30,971 nt of DNA from Verrucomicrobiota bacterium (GTDB lineage Bacteria > Verrucomicrobiota > Verrucomicrobiia > Opitutales > Coraliomargaritaceae): the NCBI GenBank assembly GCA_039815375.1, contig JBCBZJ010000029.1, forward strand, positions 1-30,971, written 5' to 3'. Of the stretch, positions 17,738 through 26,726 are shown in pieces. The notes beneath the pieces are model-generated. The model was not told where the DNA came from and did no database searches. It worked only from the letters and a program-made list of their open reading frames with translations. Positions within the stretch are counted from its first letter, which is position 1, and every line of letters starts with the position of its first letter. The position numbers were made by a program, and so were the translations under genes.

Positions 17738-18168
17738 TGTTTGATTGGGGTTGGATTACGTATCATTGCACTCATCTTGGCAAATCACTTTACAGATATT
17801 ATTCCATATAGGACGAGTCAGGTCTGATTGCGGGAAAAGCGTCGGAAGACTCCTTTTCACGAGGTTGAAAGAACTTTTACTTACCGCTGCTGTAATTTGT
17901 GCATACAGTAGCGAAAGGAAGTTCATTTACTTGGGCGCATACCAGATGAGTTTCAACGGGATATAAGAGTAATTTCCTGCTCAAGGCTTGAGGTTTCAGC
18001 AGAAAGAAGAGTAGGGGTTAAAATGAGATAAATGTTTGTTTTTCAGTATAGGACAGGCAGCTTTTCATAGTCAATTGGTCATTCTACCGAACAGACTAAT
18101 TCATTCATAGTTTATATTCTCATCAGGATTGATATGAAGTACCCTAATTCCTGACCGAAGCTGCTCCA

Positions 18169-20388
18169 TTACTCTACCTGCGGTATGGTAAAAAGTGTAG
18201 ATGCGTTGTTCACGCCAAAGCCGATGTAGCCAATGCTGACGAAAGACTCTGAGAAGGCGAGTTTTTGCGTCATTCCGTCAATGGTTAGGGCGGCGGTGCG
18301 CAGATCGATATCCACATCGAGTCGACATTCCAATTCGTCGCTGCTGGATATATCCTTATTCGGACTTCGGCTCCACTTGCCACCTCCTTCGAATAACGCC
18401 ATTTTATTGCCACCGATCCATGAACCGGCCAGCAATGCTGCGTTCGTATCGCCGTGGCTGCTGAGGACTAGGAATCCGTTACGGGAATTGCTGCTGTCGG
18501 CTGCTTTCATTTTCCAGGTCACAGAGAATTTGCCCGCATTTCGACCCGGATTGAGTTTTCTAAGCACAATTTGCTGAGGACCGGAGGCAGTAACACGATA
18601 ACCGTAGGAAGTCTTTTCTAATCCTGCTGCACCGGAAAAGCCATCGGCATAGGTCTTGGTGCCTTTTGTGGATGGCTTGCCTCCGCTGGACTTGATTGGC
18701 TTAGTACGAGCGGACGTTGACAGGTTGACCGGCTGAACGACCGGAGTAAAATCTTCTCCCGCCACCGGCAGGTTCTTGCCATCTAGTTTCAGGACCATGC
18801 CCGGAGCGGAAATATCGCCCTCGTCTCCGGCTGAGGTGCCCATTGTATCGATGAGTTCTCCGGGAATCCGCAGTGTGCGACCCTTGATAGTAACTCGGTT
18901 TTTTATATTCGATGCCCGTTCGGCTAATAAATCCTGAGCCCAAACGTGTTGGACATCTTCGATCGAATCGGCAAATTCCAGAATCAACTCATCGTAATGG
19001 CCCGCTATCCCGATCAGCTGAGTTGCGTCCTTTATTTTGACTGTCACCTTAGCGCGCGGTTCTAACCATTTGTTTTCCGGAGTCACGCGCCCCTCCGTGG
19101 CGATGCCGGTTGGTCCGTTCGGATACGTCGAAGTAAAAACGTAGGGTCTGATGCCATTGCACTCGACCTCGGGCAACGGCATATTGCGGGCCATGATGGC
19201 CGGAGCGCTCTGGCTGACCATCTTTCCATAGGTAGCCTTGTTCCAAGTATCCCATTTTGTGAACACACAGCGGTCGATCAATTCATCATCCGAAGAGAGA
19301 TAGACACCTTCGCCGGCTGGGAATGCCGGTGCGATTCGCGACCAACGGCCGAATCGCTCAACTTCATTGATACGCTTCTGCATCCTACGCGGGCCGGAGA
19401 GTTGATGGTGTAGGTCTTTGCCTTCCATCAAACGTTCTCCATAGTTCGGGTGACGCTTGCTGGCTACTACTACACCAAGACCGATCGCAGCGTTGCAGTC
19501 ATCTTGGAAATTGATTAGGGCACGATACTTCGGTTGCTGTTGGGTCTGCCGGAGGATGTCATGCACCCGGCGAATACTCACTGAGGTCATTAGAAGAGGA
19601 GGTGCGTCATAGGTGCGGAAGGTGTCCGAGTATTGAAGAATCTTCATCATGCGATCACGAATTCTGCCAGCCACGTAGGGAGAAGGGTAGGAGGGTTGTT
19701 CCTTGTCCCAGTTCGGATTCAGATTGCCGGCCGGGGTAGCATATTCGATCTGTAATTCCGGATAGATTTCCTCCTTTACTTTGAAGCAGTGAAAGCTGCC
19801 CGTGTCGCCTCCATCGACTTTCCAGTAGGTGATTCCGGCTTCTTTGGACCATTCCACAAAGGTTCGTGCTTCTTCTTTCTTGATATCGCCACGAAACCAT
19901 AGCCCAAGCGAATTCCATCCCTGCGCCTGGATCTCTTCATTGAATTTCTTCAATAACTCAGGCGGGTTCATCCCTTTGTAAGGAGGGAAGTCGCCTGGAT
20001 CTGCTACGGAATTAAAGAAGGCCCGACCTCCTCCGAAGAACTCTGCTTTGTCCTTGGTCTGCCAGCCATGGTCTATAAGAAAGATGTAGTCCTCGCGTCC
20101 GCGTGGTAGGTAGGTGCTTGCCCAACCATCCGTTGGATTAAACAGGTTATGATAGGTCATGTGCTCCCGCGCCGCCGGATTTGTGATCTTACCCAAACTG
20201 TTGATTTCCCCACCGCGCTGAATCCAGTAATTCTGCGCATACCAGGTGCACCAGTAGTTTGCGGAATTCACTGGACTATCAGGTACCAAGTTGGGATGTT
20301 GAGCACCTATTGTAGGGGACGCAGCTATCAGTGCTGCGAGTAAGAGGGAGGGTAGATTCAATTTCACACTTTCTGGAAATTTACTCAT
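18169..20388 (-). CDS. Secreted putative clan GH-D-like (GH27/GH36-like) glycoside hydrolase of unrecognised family, with a C-terminal beta-sandwich domain
   Basis: Likely start at Met 20388 (or GTG 20367) before the signal peptide LPSLLLAALIAASPTIGA. Motifs NYWCTWYAQ, FLIDHGWQ, LGLW, YWKVDGG and TFRTYD parallel the GH27/36 order W-x-x-W, IDDGW, YxKxD, R...D. Confidence 0.6.
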   Translation of the reverse strand: MSKFPESVKLNLPSLLLAALIAASPTIGAQHPNLVPDSPVNSANYWCTWYAQNYWIQRGGEINSLGKITNPAAREHMTYHNLFNPTDGWASTYLPRGREDYIFLIDHGWQTKDKAEFFGGGRAFFNSVADPGDFPPYKGMNPPELLKKFNEEIQAQGWNSLGLWFRGDIKKEEARTFVEWSKEAGITYWKVDGGDTGSFHCFKVKEEIYPELQIEYATPAGNLNPNWDKEQPSYPSPYVAGRIRDRMMKILQYSDTFRTYDAPPLLMTSVSIRRVHDILRQTQQQPKYRALINFQDDCNAAIGLGVVVASKRHPNYGERLMEGKDLHHQLSGPRRMQKRINEVERFGRWSRIAPAFPAGEGVYLSSDDELIDRCVFTKWDTWNKATYGKMVSQSAPAIMARNMPLPEVECNGIRPYVFTSTYPNGPTGIATEGRVTPENKWLEPRAKVTVKIKDATQLIGIAGHYDELILEFADSIEDVQHVWAQDLLAERASNIKNRVTIKGRTLRIPGELIDTMGTSAGDEGDISAPGMVLKLDGKNLPVAGEDFTPVVQPVNLSTSARTKPIKSSGGKPSTKGTKTYADGFSGAAGLEKTSYGYRVTASGPQQIVLRKLNPGRNAGKFSVTWKMKAADSSNSRNGFLVLSSHGDTNAALLAGSWIGGNKMALFEGGGKWSRSPNKDISSSDELECRLDVDIDLRTAALTIDGMTQKLAFSESFVSIGYIGFGVNNASTLFTIPQVE

Positions 20389-20399
20389 TTCAAGTATGC

Positions 20400-20955
20400 T
20401 TATTTTTAGAGGTCGGGGTAATGCTGCATGATTATCTTTGAGCCATTTGTCCATCTGTTTAGACATTTCGCTGAGGATTTCCGGATGTGATTTGGCAAGG
20501 TTGTTTTGCTCGCTGATATCTGCTTCGAAATCGAATAGCTCACCTTCTCGTTCGGGCTGATAGTTACGGACATACTTGAATTTAGCATACAAGCCTGCGG
20601 TCGCTGGAGTCTGGAAGAATGGATTCAGTTTCACCTTTCCTTCTGAACCATTGTAGATGGGAATGCGCATATTCAGGAAAGTTCGGACGTCGTTTATTTC
20701 CCTAGTCAGAAGCGACGTTAGACTATTTTTATCAAGTGCGTGCTCAGATTGCTGCGCGCCAGCTATCTCAATTAGAGTAGGGGAATGTCTATTAGAGCCT
20801 GAGTGCGATTTCGGGTGTTTCTTCGGTTAATAAACAAAAGTTGCCACACGTATGCCTCCCTCGTATCTAGGACTTTTGCTGTCGCGTAGCGGACCGTAAG
20901 ATGCACTGCGACCGTTGGCTCTATTTCGGATATGAAAATGATGGGCGTATTTTTA
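20400..20955 (-). pseudogene. Decayed C-terminal half of a sulfatase; its last segment is in frame with the downstream hydrolase
   Basis: Minus-strand pieces AKNTPIIFISE, YGPLRDSKSPRYEGGIRVATFVY*P, PTLIEIAG...LDKNSLTSLL and ELFDFEADISEQNNLAKSHPE...WLKDNHAALP follow S1 sulfatase motif order, with frameshifts and a stop. Confidence 0.85.
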
Positions 20956-20959
20956 GCAA

Positions 20960-21128
20960 TTCATGAAGTTACTGTTTTAATGAAGCGACTTTTTCAGGAA
21001 TCTCTGACACCATACTGTTCTTCCCCGATGCCTTCACCAAGATCAAACAGCTCATATTCATCATTGTTCTGCTTTCAGATGATTTTCCAGTCTCCTTGAC
21101 GCACCGTCGATGTACCTTGAAAAAGACT
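20960..21128 (-). pseudogene. Fragmentary copy of the 3' end of sulfatase 26723..28111
   Basis: 21058-21128 matches 26877-26947 at 67/71 nt, and similarity continues to about 20960. Trp TGG has become TGA at 21075-21077. Confidence 0.9.
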
Positions 21129-21324
21129 TACTTGAAAATAGTTAGTAAAATGCTGACGTAATGGATGCTGTATTTAGTTATTGTTACTTTTTAACAAGGG
21201 TAAATATGAAATGCTTTTAAGGCCTCAACCAGTGCAACTTTGTCTACGTATAAATGACCCTTTATTTTCGCTTCACAAAAATTGACAGTATGTATTACCT
21301 GTAAAAAGTCGAAATATACATATT

Positions 21325-22671
21325 ATGAATAATCCCCAATTCACACGCCGCAAATTACTCCAAAAAGGCGCTATCGCCGGAGGCAGTCTTATGATCCTCC
21401 CTTCCGGAACCTTATTCGGAGCAAATACTCCTAATAACCGCCTCAATATCGCTCTAATCGGGGTGTATGGTCGTGGAAGGAGGCACTACGAAACGTTGCA
21501 GAAAGAAAACGTTGTGGCCCTTTGTGATGTTAATCAGGAAAACATGGCCTTTGCTCGAAAAGAATTTCCCAAAGCAAAACTTTATGAAGATTGGCGCAAG
21601 TGTCTCGATCACCCTGGTTTGGATGCTGTGCTGTGTTGCACGACTGACTTTACGCATGCTTTCATTGCCAACTGGGCTTTGAATCGCGATTTGCATGCTT
21701 ATATTGAAAAACCACTCGCCATCACTGTCGAGGAAGCACGCACTGTTCGTGCAACTTACCTCAAGAAAAAAGATAAATTGGCAACTCAGGTGGGAATGCA
21801 GCGCCATGCATTCCCCAACTTCAATCGTTTGCAAGAGATGATCGAGGATGGCATTATTGGTGAAGTGAAAGATGTGGCCGCTTGGGGTAATCGTAAAATA
21901 CCAAAGCCCGGTTACTTGCCCGCTAAAGGCACGCCGCCTTCGACCTTGAACTATGACCTTTGGTTGGGGCCTTCTCCCGAGCACCCCTATAACCCCGGAT
22001 ACTTTTCAGGAAAACCCGGTGCAAACTGCCTGAGATGGAATATGTATTGGGATTTTGGTATCGGTCAAATGGGGGATATGGGATCTCATACCATGGACTT
22101 GGCTTGGAATTGCTTAGGGGTAGATTTGCCGAATTCCATAAAATCCAGTAGTCCGGAAGAGTTCAACCCCGAGGTGACTCCCGTGAACCTGACATCAAGT
22201 TTTATGTTCGAGAAAAACAGTAAGCCTTTACGGTTAACATGGTACCAGGGCGGTGCCATGCCACGCTCTCCCCAAAAGTCCATCGACTTAACTCAAATTA
22301 ATCATGGTGTTATGTTTAAGGGTGATAAAGGCGTTATCGTTTCGGACTTTGGGAACAGTATGATCTTCCCCATTAGTACGAAGAACGACATGACTCAATA
22401 TAAGCGGCGTAGTCCAGAAGACCTATACCCGCCCATCGGCAATTTCCAAGAGCAGTGGACGAATGCCTGTAAAAATGGACGCCCCGCTGACACGGCTTGT
22501 AATTTCGAATACAGTGCAAACATGATCGAAACCATGTGTTTGGGATTAGTGAGTTTTCGCGCCGGGGGTGAAGTCACTTACGATGGTAAGTCTGGAAAAA
22601 TCACAAACAATGGCAGTGCCAACGAGTTCTTGGCTAAACCTTACCGTAAAGGTTGGACGATGAACGGTTAA
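21325..22671 (+). CDS. Tat-exported Gfo/Idh/MocA-family NAD-dependent oxidoreductase
   Basis: Twin-arginine FTRRKLL; Rossmann [36 protein letters not shown]. Confidence 0.93.
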   Translation: MNNPQFTRRKLLQKGAIAGGSLMILPSGTLFGANTPNNRLNIALIGVYGRGRRHYETLQKENVVALCDVNQENMAFARKEFPKAKLYEDWRKCLDHPGLDAVLCCTTDFTHAFIANWALNRDLHAYIEKPLAITVEEARTVRATYLKKKDKLATQVGMQRHAFPNFNRLQEMIEDGIIGEVKDVAAWGNRKIPKPGYLPAKGTPPSTLNYDLWLGPSPEHPYNPGYFSGKPGANCLRWNMYWDFGIGQMGDMGSHTMDLAWNCLGVDLPNSIKSSSPEEFNPEVTPVNLTSSFMFEKNSKPLRLTWYQGGAMPRSPQKSIDLTQINHGVMFKGDKGVIVSDFGNSMIFPISTKNDMTQYKRRSPEDLYPPIGNFQEQWTNACKNGRPADTACNFEYSANMIETMCLGLVSFRAGGEVTYDGKSGKITNNGSANEFLAKPYRKGWTMNG

Positions 22672-22747
22672 GCTTTTTGGTTAAACCATAAAAAGGGTGC
22701 CTGCGGAGAAAGTTTTATTGTTTGAGATTATGCCTACGGATACTTCG

Positions 22748-22768
22748 AGATAGCGTAGGTTATCTTTC
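22748..22768 (+). repeat. Recombination-site-like element, left copy (AGATAG-CGTAGG-TTATCTTTC)
   Basis: 20/21 nt identical to the reverse complement of 24768-24788; dyad arms around a 6-bp asymmetric spacer. Confidence 0.75.
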
Positions 22769-22813
22769 CCACAATTTGAATTGAGTATTCCTCGAAATCG
22801 AAGACCACGACTC

Positions 22814-23071
22814 TTCGACTATCTCTACTGGCGTGCTACTCCTTCGAGTATGATCGTCAAGGGCGACCTTAAATTGATTCACTTTTACGAAACAGATACC
22901 ATCCAAATGTACAATATTGGCGATGATATTTCCGAAACTTCCGACTTTGCTCATTAATAACCGTAACAAAGTAAGGCATTAAATGAAGAATTGAAACAAT
23001 GGGTAGCCACGACGAAGGCTCCGATTCCCACCACATTGAATGACGAATTTAGTCCAAAGCGCTCCAAGTGA
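22814..23071 (+). pseudogene. 3' remnant of a sulfatase with three in-frame TAA stops
   Basis: Reads FDYLYWRATPSSMIVKGDLKLIHFYETDTIQMYNIGDDISETSDFAH**P*QSKALNEELKQWVATTKAPIPTTLNDEFSP, colinear with the C-terminus of 1373..2800 (FRARPGSAVRYGDWKL...LYNLKDDISEKNDL...APVPTELNPEY). Stops at 22955, 22958 and 22964. Confidence 0.85.
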
Positions 23072-23161
23072 GCTGAATCTGAGTTAGAAGAATAAGGATA
23101 AGAAAAAATGATGCTCAATGATAGAACCAATACAGTTCACTTTTCTTGGAATTCTAGAATA

Positions 23162-24586
23162 ATGCGTAGTCTTATACCGGCACTTATCGTTGTAACACTA
23201 CTATCGCTTGCAGGTGCTAAGCTATCCGCTGCAAATAAGCCAAATATCATCTTTATACTGGCCGACGATCTCGGCTACGGTGAGGTCGGTGCCTATGGAC
23301 AAGAAAAGATTCTGACCCCAAGCCTAGATAAAATGGCTGCCGGGGGAATGCGTTTTACCCACCATTTTGCCGGCGGCGCTGTTTGTGGTCCTTCGCGAGC
23401 CTGTTTAATGACGGGACAAAGTCAGGCGATAGGATTCGTTAAAGGTAACCCAGGTGGTCAGCCTGCACGGGAAAATTTGCGGGATCAGGATGTAACTGTA
23501 GCCGAAATTCTGAAATCGGCAGGGTATGCGACGGCTTGTATCGGCAAATGGGGACTAGGACCCCAGGGAGAATCTGGTTATCCGTTGAACCAAGGTTTTG
23601 ATTATTTCCTGGGTTATGACACACACGTGGCGGCACACAATTATTACCCGGCATCTCTTTGCGAGAACAAGGACCAGCGCCAGTTGAGCGGTAATTCCGG
23701 CGATAAGAAAAGGGTAGGTAAGGTTTACACGCATGATGTCTTTACTGAACAGGCCCTAGAGTTCATTGGCGAAAAACGGGAGCAACCCTACTTTTTGTAT
23801 CTTGCCTATGCGATACCCCATAGCCCTTACAATCCACCGGATATTGAACCTTATCAGGACAAAGACTGGTCTACTACTAACAAAAAGTATGCCGCAATGA
23901 TCACCCGTATGGATCGTGATATTGGCCGTGTGTTAGATCTGGTTAAAAAGTCAGAAAAGGATACGTTAGTTATATTTACCAGTGACAATGGCCCTCAATC
24001 AGGTGGTTCTACTGAAAGTCAAATAACTCGCTTTTTCGATAGCAATGGCGAGCAGAAAGGAATTAAGCGTGACATGTATAACGGTGGTATTCGCGTTCCT
24101 TTTATTGCCTGGTGGCCTGGAAAAATTGAGGCAGATTCTGTTTCAAAACACATTTCAAGTTTTCAGGATTTTTTACCAACGGTTTGTGAGATTACCGAAT
24201 CTCAGATAGAAGTGACAACCGATGGATTATCATACCTGCCTACTCTGCTGGGAAAATATGGTGTGCAGGCAGAGCATGAATGGTTGTATTGGGAATTTCT
24301 GTATATGTCCAAAAAAGGTATCGCCGGACGGCAGGCGGTGCTTAACCCCAAGCTTGGATTCAAGGCGGTGCGTTTCGGACGCAATGCTCCAGTTGAACTA
24401 TACCGCTTTGAAGAGGACATTGCAGAGACGAATGATGTTGCTAAACAATTTCCGGAAATTGCTAACCAAATGAGCAGTTATCTAGACTCGTGTAGAAGCG
24501 AAAGCAAATTGTGGCCTATCAGTTATCATGATAAACCGCATGCTTCAACATTTTCCCCTCACTATAAGAAGGGCGATCGCAATTAG
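23162..24586 (+). CDS. S1 arylsulfatase (S1_20-like; paralog of 5044..6426), signal peptide
   Basis: Likely start MRSLIPALIVV at 23162; PNIIFILADDLGYGEVGAYGQ, VCGPSRACLMTG, GKWGLG, FTSDNGP, GIKRDMYNGGIRVP, WLYWEF. Confidence 0.93.
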   Translation: MRSLIPALIVVTLLSLAGAKLSAANKPNIIFILADDLGYGEVGAYGQEKILTPSLDKMAAGGMRFTHHFAGGAVCGPSRACLMTGQSQAIGFVKGNPGGQPARENLRDQDVTVAEILKSAGYATACIGKWGLGPQGESGYPLNQGFDYFLGYDTHVAAHNYYPASLCENKDQRQLSGNSGDKKRVGKVYTHDVFTEQALEFIGEKREQPYFLYLAYAIPHSPYNPPDIEPYQDKDWSTTNKKYAAMITRMDRDIGRVLDLVKKSEKDTLVIFTSDNGPQSGGSTESQITRFFDSNGEQKGIKRDMYNGGIRVPFIAWWPGKIEADSVSKHISSFQDFLPTVCEITESQIEVTTDGLSYLPTLLGKYGVQAEHEWLYWEFLYMSKKGIAGRQAVLNPKLGFKAVRFGRNAPVELYRFEEDIAETNDVAKQFPEIANQMSSYLDSCRSESKLWPISYHDKPHASTFSPHYKKGDRN

Positions 24587-24644
24587 AACCCAAAGGGTAG
24601 CATAAAATAGATGCTGCAACATTCAAAATAAGACATGTTGATTT

Positions 24645-24678
24645 AAAAAAAGCCCGAGCGGTTTCCCGCCCGGGCTTT
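24645..24678 (-). terminator. Intrinsic terminator, strongest on the minus strand (may also act on +)
   Basis: Minus strand AAAGCCCGGGCGG-GAAA-CCGCTCGGGC-TTTTTTT: GC-rich stem with a G-U pair, GNRA loop and U7 tail. Confidence 0.85.
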
Positions 24679-24767
24679 ATGTTGAAACATTTAAGTTGAA
24701 GACTTATTGAAACTCTTGGCCGTGGTGACTTAAATTGGCCCGCTTGAAAAGTTAGTCTGGAGACTTA

Positions 24768-24788
24768 GAAAGATAACCTACGTTATCT
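24768..24788 (-). repeat. Recombination-site-like element, right copy (AGATAA-CGTAGG-TTATCTTTC on the minus strand)
   Basis: Plus strand GAAAGATAACCTACGTTATCT; perfect AGATAA/TTATCT dyad; inverted relative to 22748-22768. Confidence 0.75.
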
Positions 24789-25082
24789 TATCCCAACGAG
24801 AATAACGAAACCTTCCTGAGCTACCTCAATCGAAAGTGCGAAACTTTCTGGATACTACCTGACACCTCTTTGCCATTGCCGCATATTCAGAGCACCAATG
24901 CATAACTAACATCAGCTCTCTATTTTTGAATTACGCTGTTTTTCTCTCGGTTTAATCAACCACCTGTAAACATTGGGAACTTCTCTTAATCCACAGATAT
25001 TGATTAAGGCAGATTGGCATTCATAAAGAGAGAGAAGAGTTCTTTTACGGAAAGATAGCAAAAATCTGTGAGCAAATTTCGG

Positions 25083-26726
25083 TTAATCAAAATATATAGA
25101 TTCAGGTGGTTGATCAAAAATCAAACCCTTTACTGAAAGTCCATTTTTATGTAACCCTGTGTTCTTTTTCCATTTCTCACTTACTTCAAAATAACCGTAT
25201 ACTTCTTTTGTACTTGGGGGCAACTTGATCTTAAGCATGGCACAAGCTCCCGAGATTATTTTACCGTTTTTCAATGCTGGTTGCCCATTATCTGAATTTG
25301 CGTAAATGAGATCTTGTTCACGTAATTCCTTTGCTGATCCATCCTCCATTACAAATTTTAATTCTAAGTTAACTTGAGCTTTGGACTTTTGATTTTTCCC
25401 ATGTGAAAAAGCAAAGTAGATTTCCTCTAAATTGTCGCAATTTAATGAAAACTGCTGAGGCTGATTCATATTATTCAATTCAACGTAACTTGATTGCCAG
25501 ATAGGTTCTTTGGCGAGCTCTGTCACACCATTGTCAGGATATTCTCTGATTGATATATTCCGGTATTCTGCCGCAGCCCCTTCGGACTGCAGGCAAATAT
25601 GTCCTCTATGAGGAATTAAGCTGGTCGCTTTGTTCTGGAGTACGTCATTCACCCAAACGGTTAACATCTCACCTTCAACTAATATCCTGACCTTATTCCA
25701 TTCTCCAACAGGTTTATTATTCGTTCCACCTAGTTTTTGAGTGTTTCGTCCTTTCAGTTTTGTTGAATCTGTGACCATGATCACTTGATCAATATTCCAA
25801 AAGTCACCCACATTACCGAAGGCTCCCTGAACTTCCAAACTTCTAGGCCAGGGGAAATTTCCCTGATTTAAAGCCCTAATTAAAAAACCCGTATTCCCTT
25901 TAGTGAGGTGACGAAACTCCAAATTAAGTTCAAAATTTTTGTACTTTCCCACGGTTTGAATCCAGCCTTTGGGCTTACCCTTGTTGTGAAATACTCCGTC
26001 CCTCACAGACCAGATTTCTTTCATCTCGTCTGAACCGTGAGTCCAACCGGTAAAGTCTCTGCCGTTGAAAAGAGAGATTTCAGCCACCTCTTTGCTGTCA
26101 GGCAGTTTTTTCAAAAGAATGTCTTTAAATTGCATATCACCCTTATGGTCCTGAAGAACGATATAACCTCGAGGATGCCTCATAAAACCAATATGTTTAC
26201 CAAATTTTGTTTCAGATATTTTTTGAAAAAAATCGTTATCCGTTTTGAAGTCAGCAGTTTTGAATCCATTCAAATAAAATTGAATGTGATGCCCGTTTTT
26301 TATAATATGAACATCATTCCAATCATCACTCTTCATCTTCCCCAGTGCCAGATTTTGAATCCAATAACAGGCGCCGGAAGACTGTAATGGTTCAGATTTT
26401 CTGTTGAGTATCTGCATCTCCACACCACTGTGCCAGTGCTTTTCATAGGCTTCGGAAACACCAATAAAAACTCCGCTGTTTACACCTTTGGGAGCCTTCC
26501 ATTTCAATTTCAGTTCAAAGTTTTCCAACTGTTCTTTGAATAGAAGATCGCCGCCTCCTTTTTTCAGGGAGAGAACAGCTCCTTCGAAAGACCAGTTTTG
26601 GTGGACTGTTGCCTTTTGATAATTTCGCCAGTTTGTTAAATCTGTAATATCACGGAATTCTTCCGCATGGAGCGCGGAATTTATCAGGTAAAATAAAATC
26701 AGAAAACAAGTATAAACACTTTTCAT
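25083..26726 (-). CDS. Secreted protein with two DUF1080 (3-keto-glycoside-processing family) domains and a divergent C-terminal domain
   Basis: Start MKSVYTCFLILF at 26726 overlaps the upstream stop (ATGA). Domain 1: ENFELKLKWK...NSGVF...EMQIL...WNDVHI...GYIVLQDH...FKDI. Domain 2: SLFNGRDFTGW...NFELNLEFR...EVQ...GEWN...GHICLQSEG...YRNI. Confidence 0.88.
   Translation of the reverse strand: MKSVYTCFLILFYLINSALHAEEFRDITDLTNWRNYQKATVHQNWSFEGAVLSLKKGGGDLLFKEQLENFELKLKWKAPKGVNSGVFIGVSEAYEKHWHSGVEMQILNRKSEPLQSSGACYWIQNLALGKMKSDDWNDVHIIKNGHHIQFYLNGFKTADFKTDNDFFQKISETKFGKHIGFMRHPRGYIVLQDHKGDMQFKDILLKKLPDSKEVAEISLFNGRDFTGWTHGSDEMKEIWSVRDGVFHNKGKPKGWIQTVGKYKNFELNLEFRHLTKGNTGFLIRALNQGNFPWPRSLEVQGAFGNVGDFWNIDQVIMVTDSTKLKGRNTQKLGGTNNKPVGEWNKVRILVEGEMLTVWVNDVLQNKATSLIPHRGHICLQSEGAAAEYRNISIREYPDNGVTELAKEPIWQSSYVELNNMNQPQQFSLNCDNLEEIYFAFSHGKNQKSKAQVNLELKFVMEDGSAKELREQDLIYANSDNGQPALKNGKIISGACAMLKIKLPPSTKEVYGYFEVSEKWKKNTGLHKNGLSVKGLIFDQPPESIYFD

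Noticed and set aside
17738..18168. 430-nt gap upstream of the 2053-aa gene, including a 73-aa ORF
   Set aside because: Probably regulatory, but I could not identify a promoter, RNA structure or gene remnant.
21282..21320. Perfect TTGACA upstream of the oxidoreductase
   Set aside because: No convincing -10 hexamer at 16-18 nt spacing.
22955..22966. Stop-codon reassignment as an explanation for in-frame TAA/TGA in remnants
   Set aside because: Intact genes end in TAA, TGA and TAG and use TGG for Trp, and several remnants also have frameshifts and truncations.
22760..22969. 69-aa minus-strand ORF
   Set aside because: Antisense to the plus-strand sulfatase remnant.
24790..25080. Unexplained 290-nt gap after the DUF1080 gene
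   Set aside because: No recognisable coding remnant or structured RNA in the frames I read.
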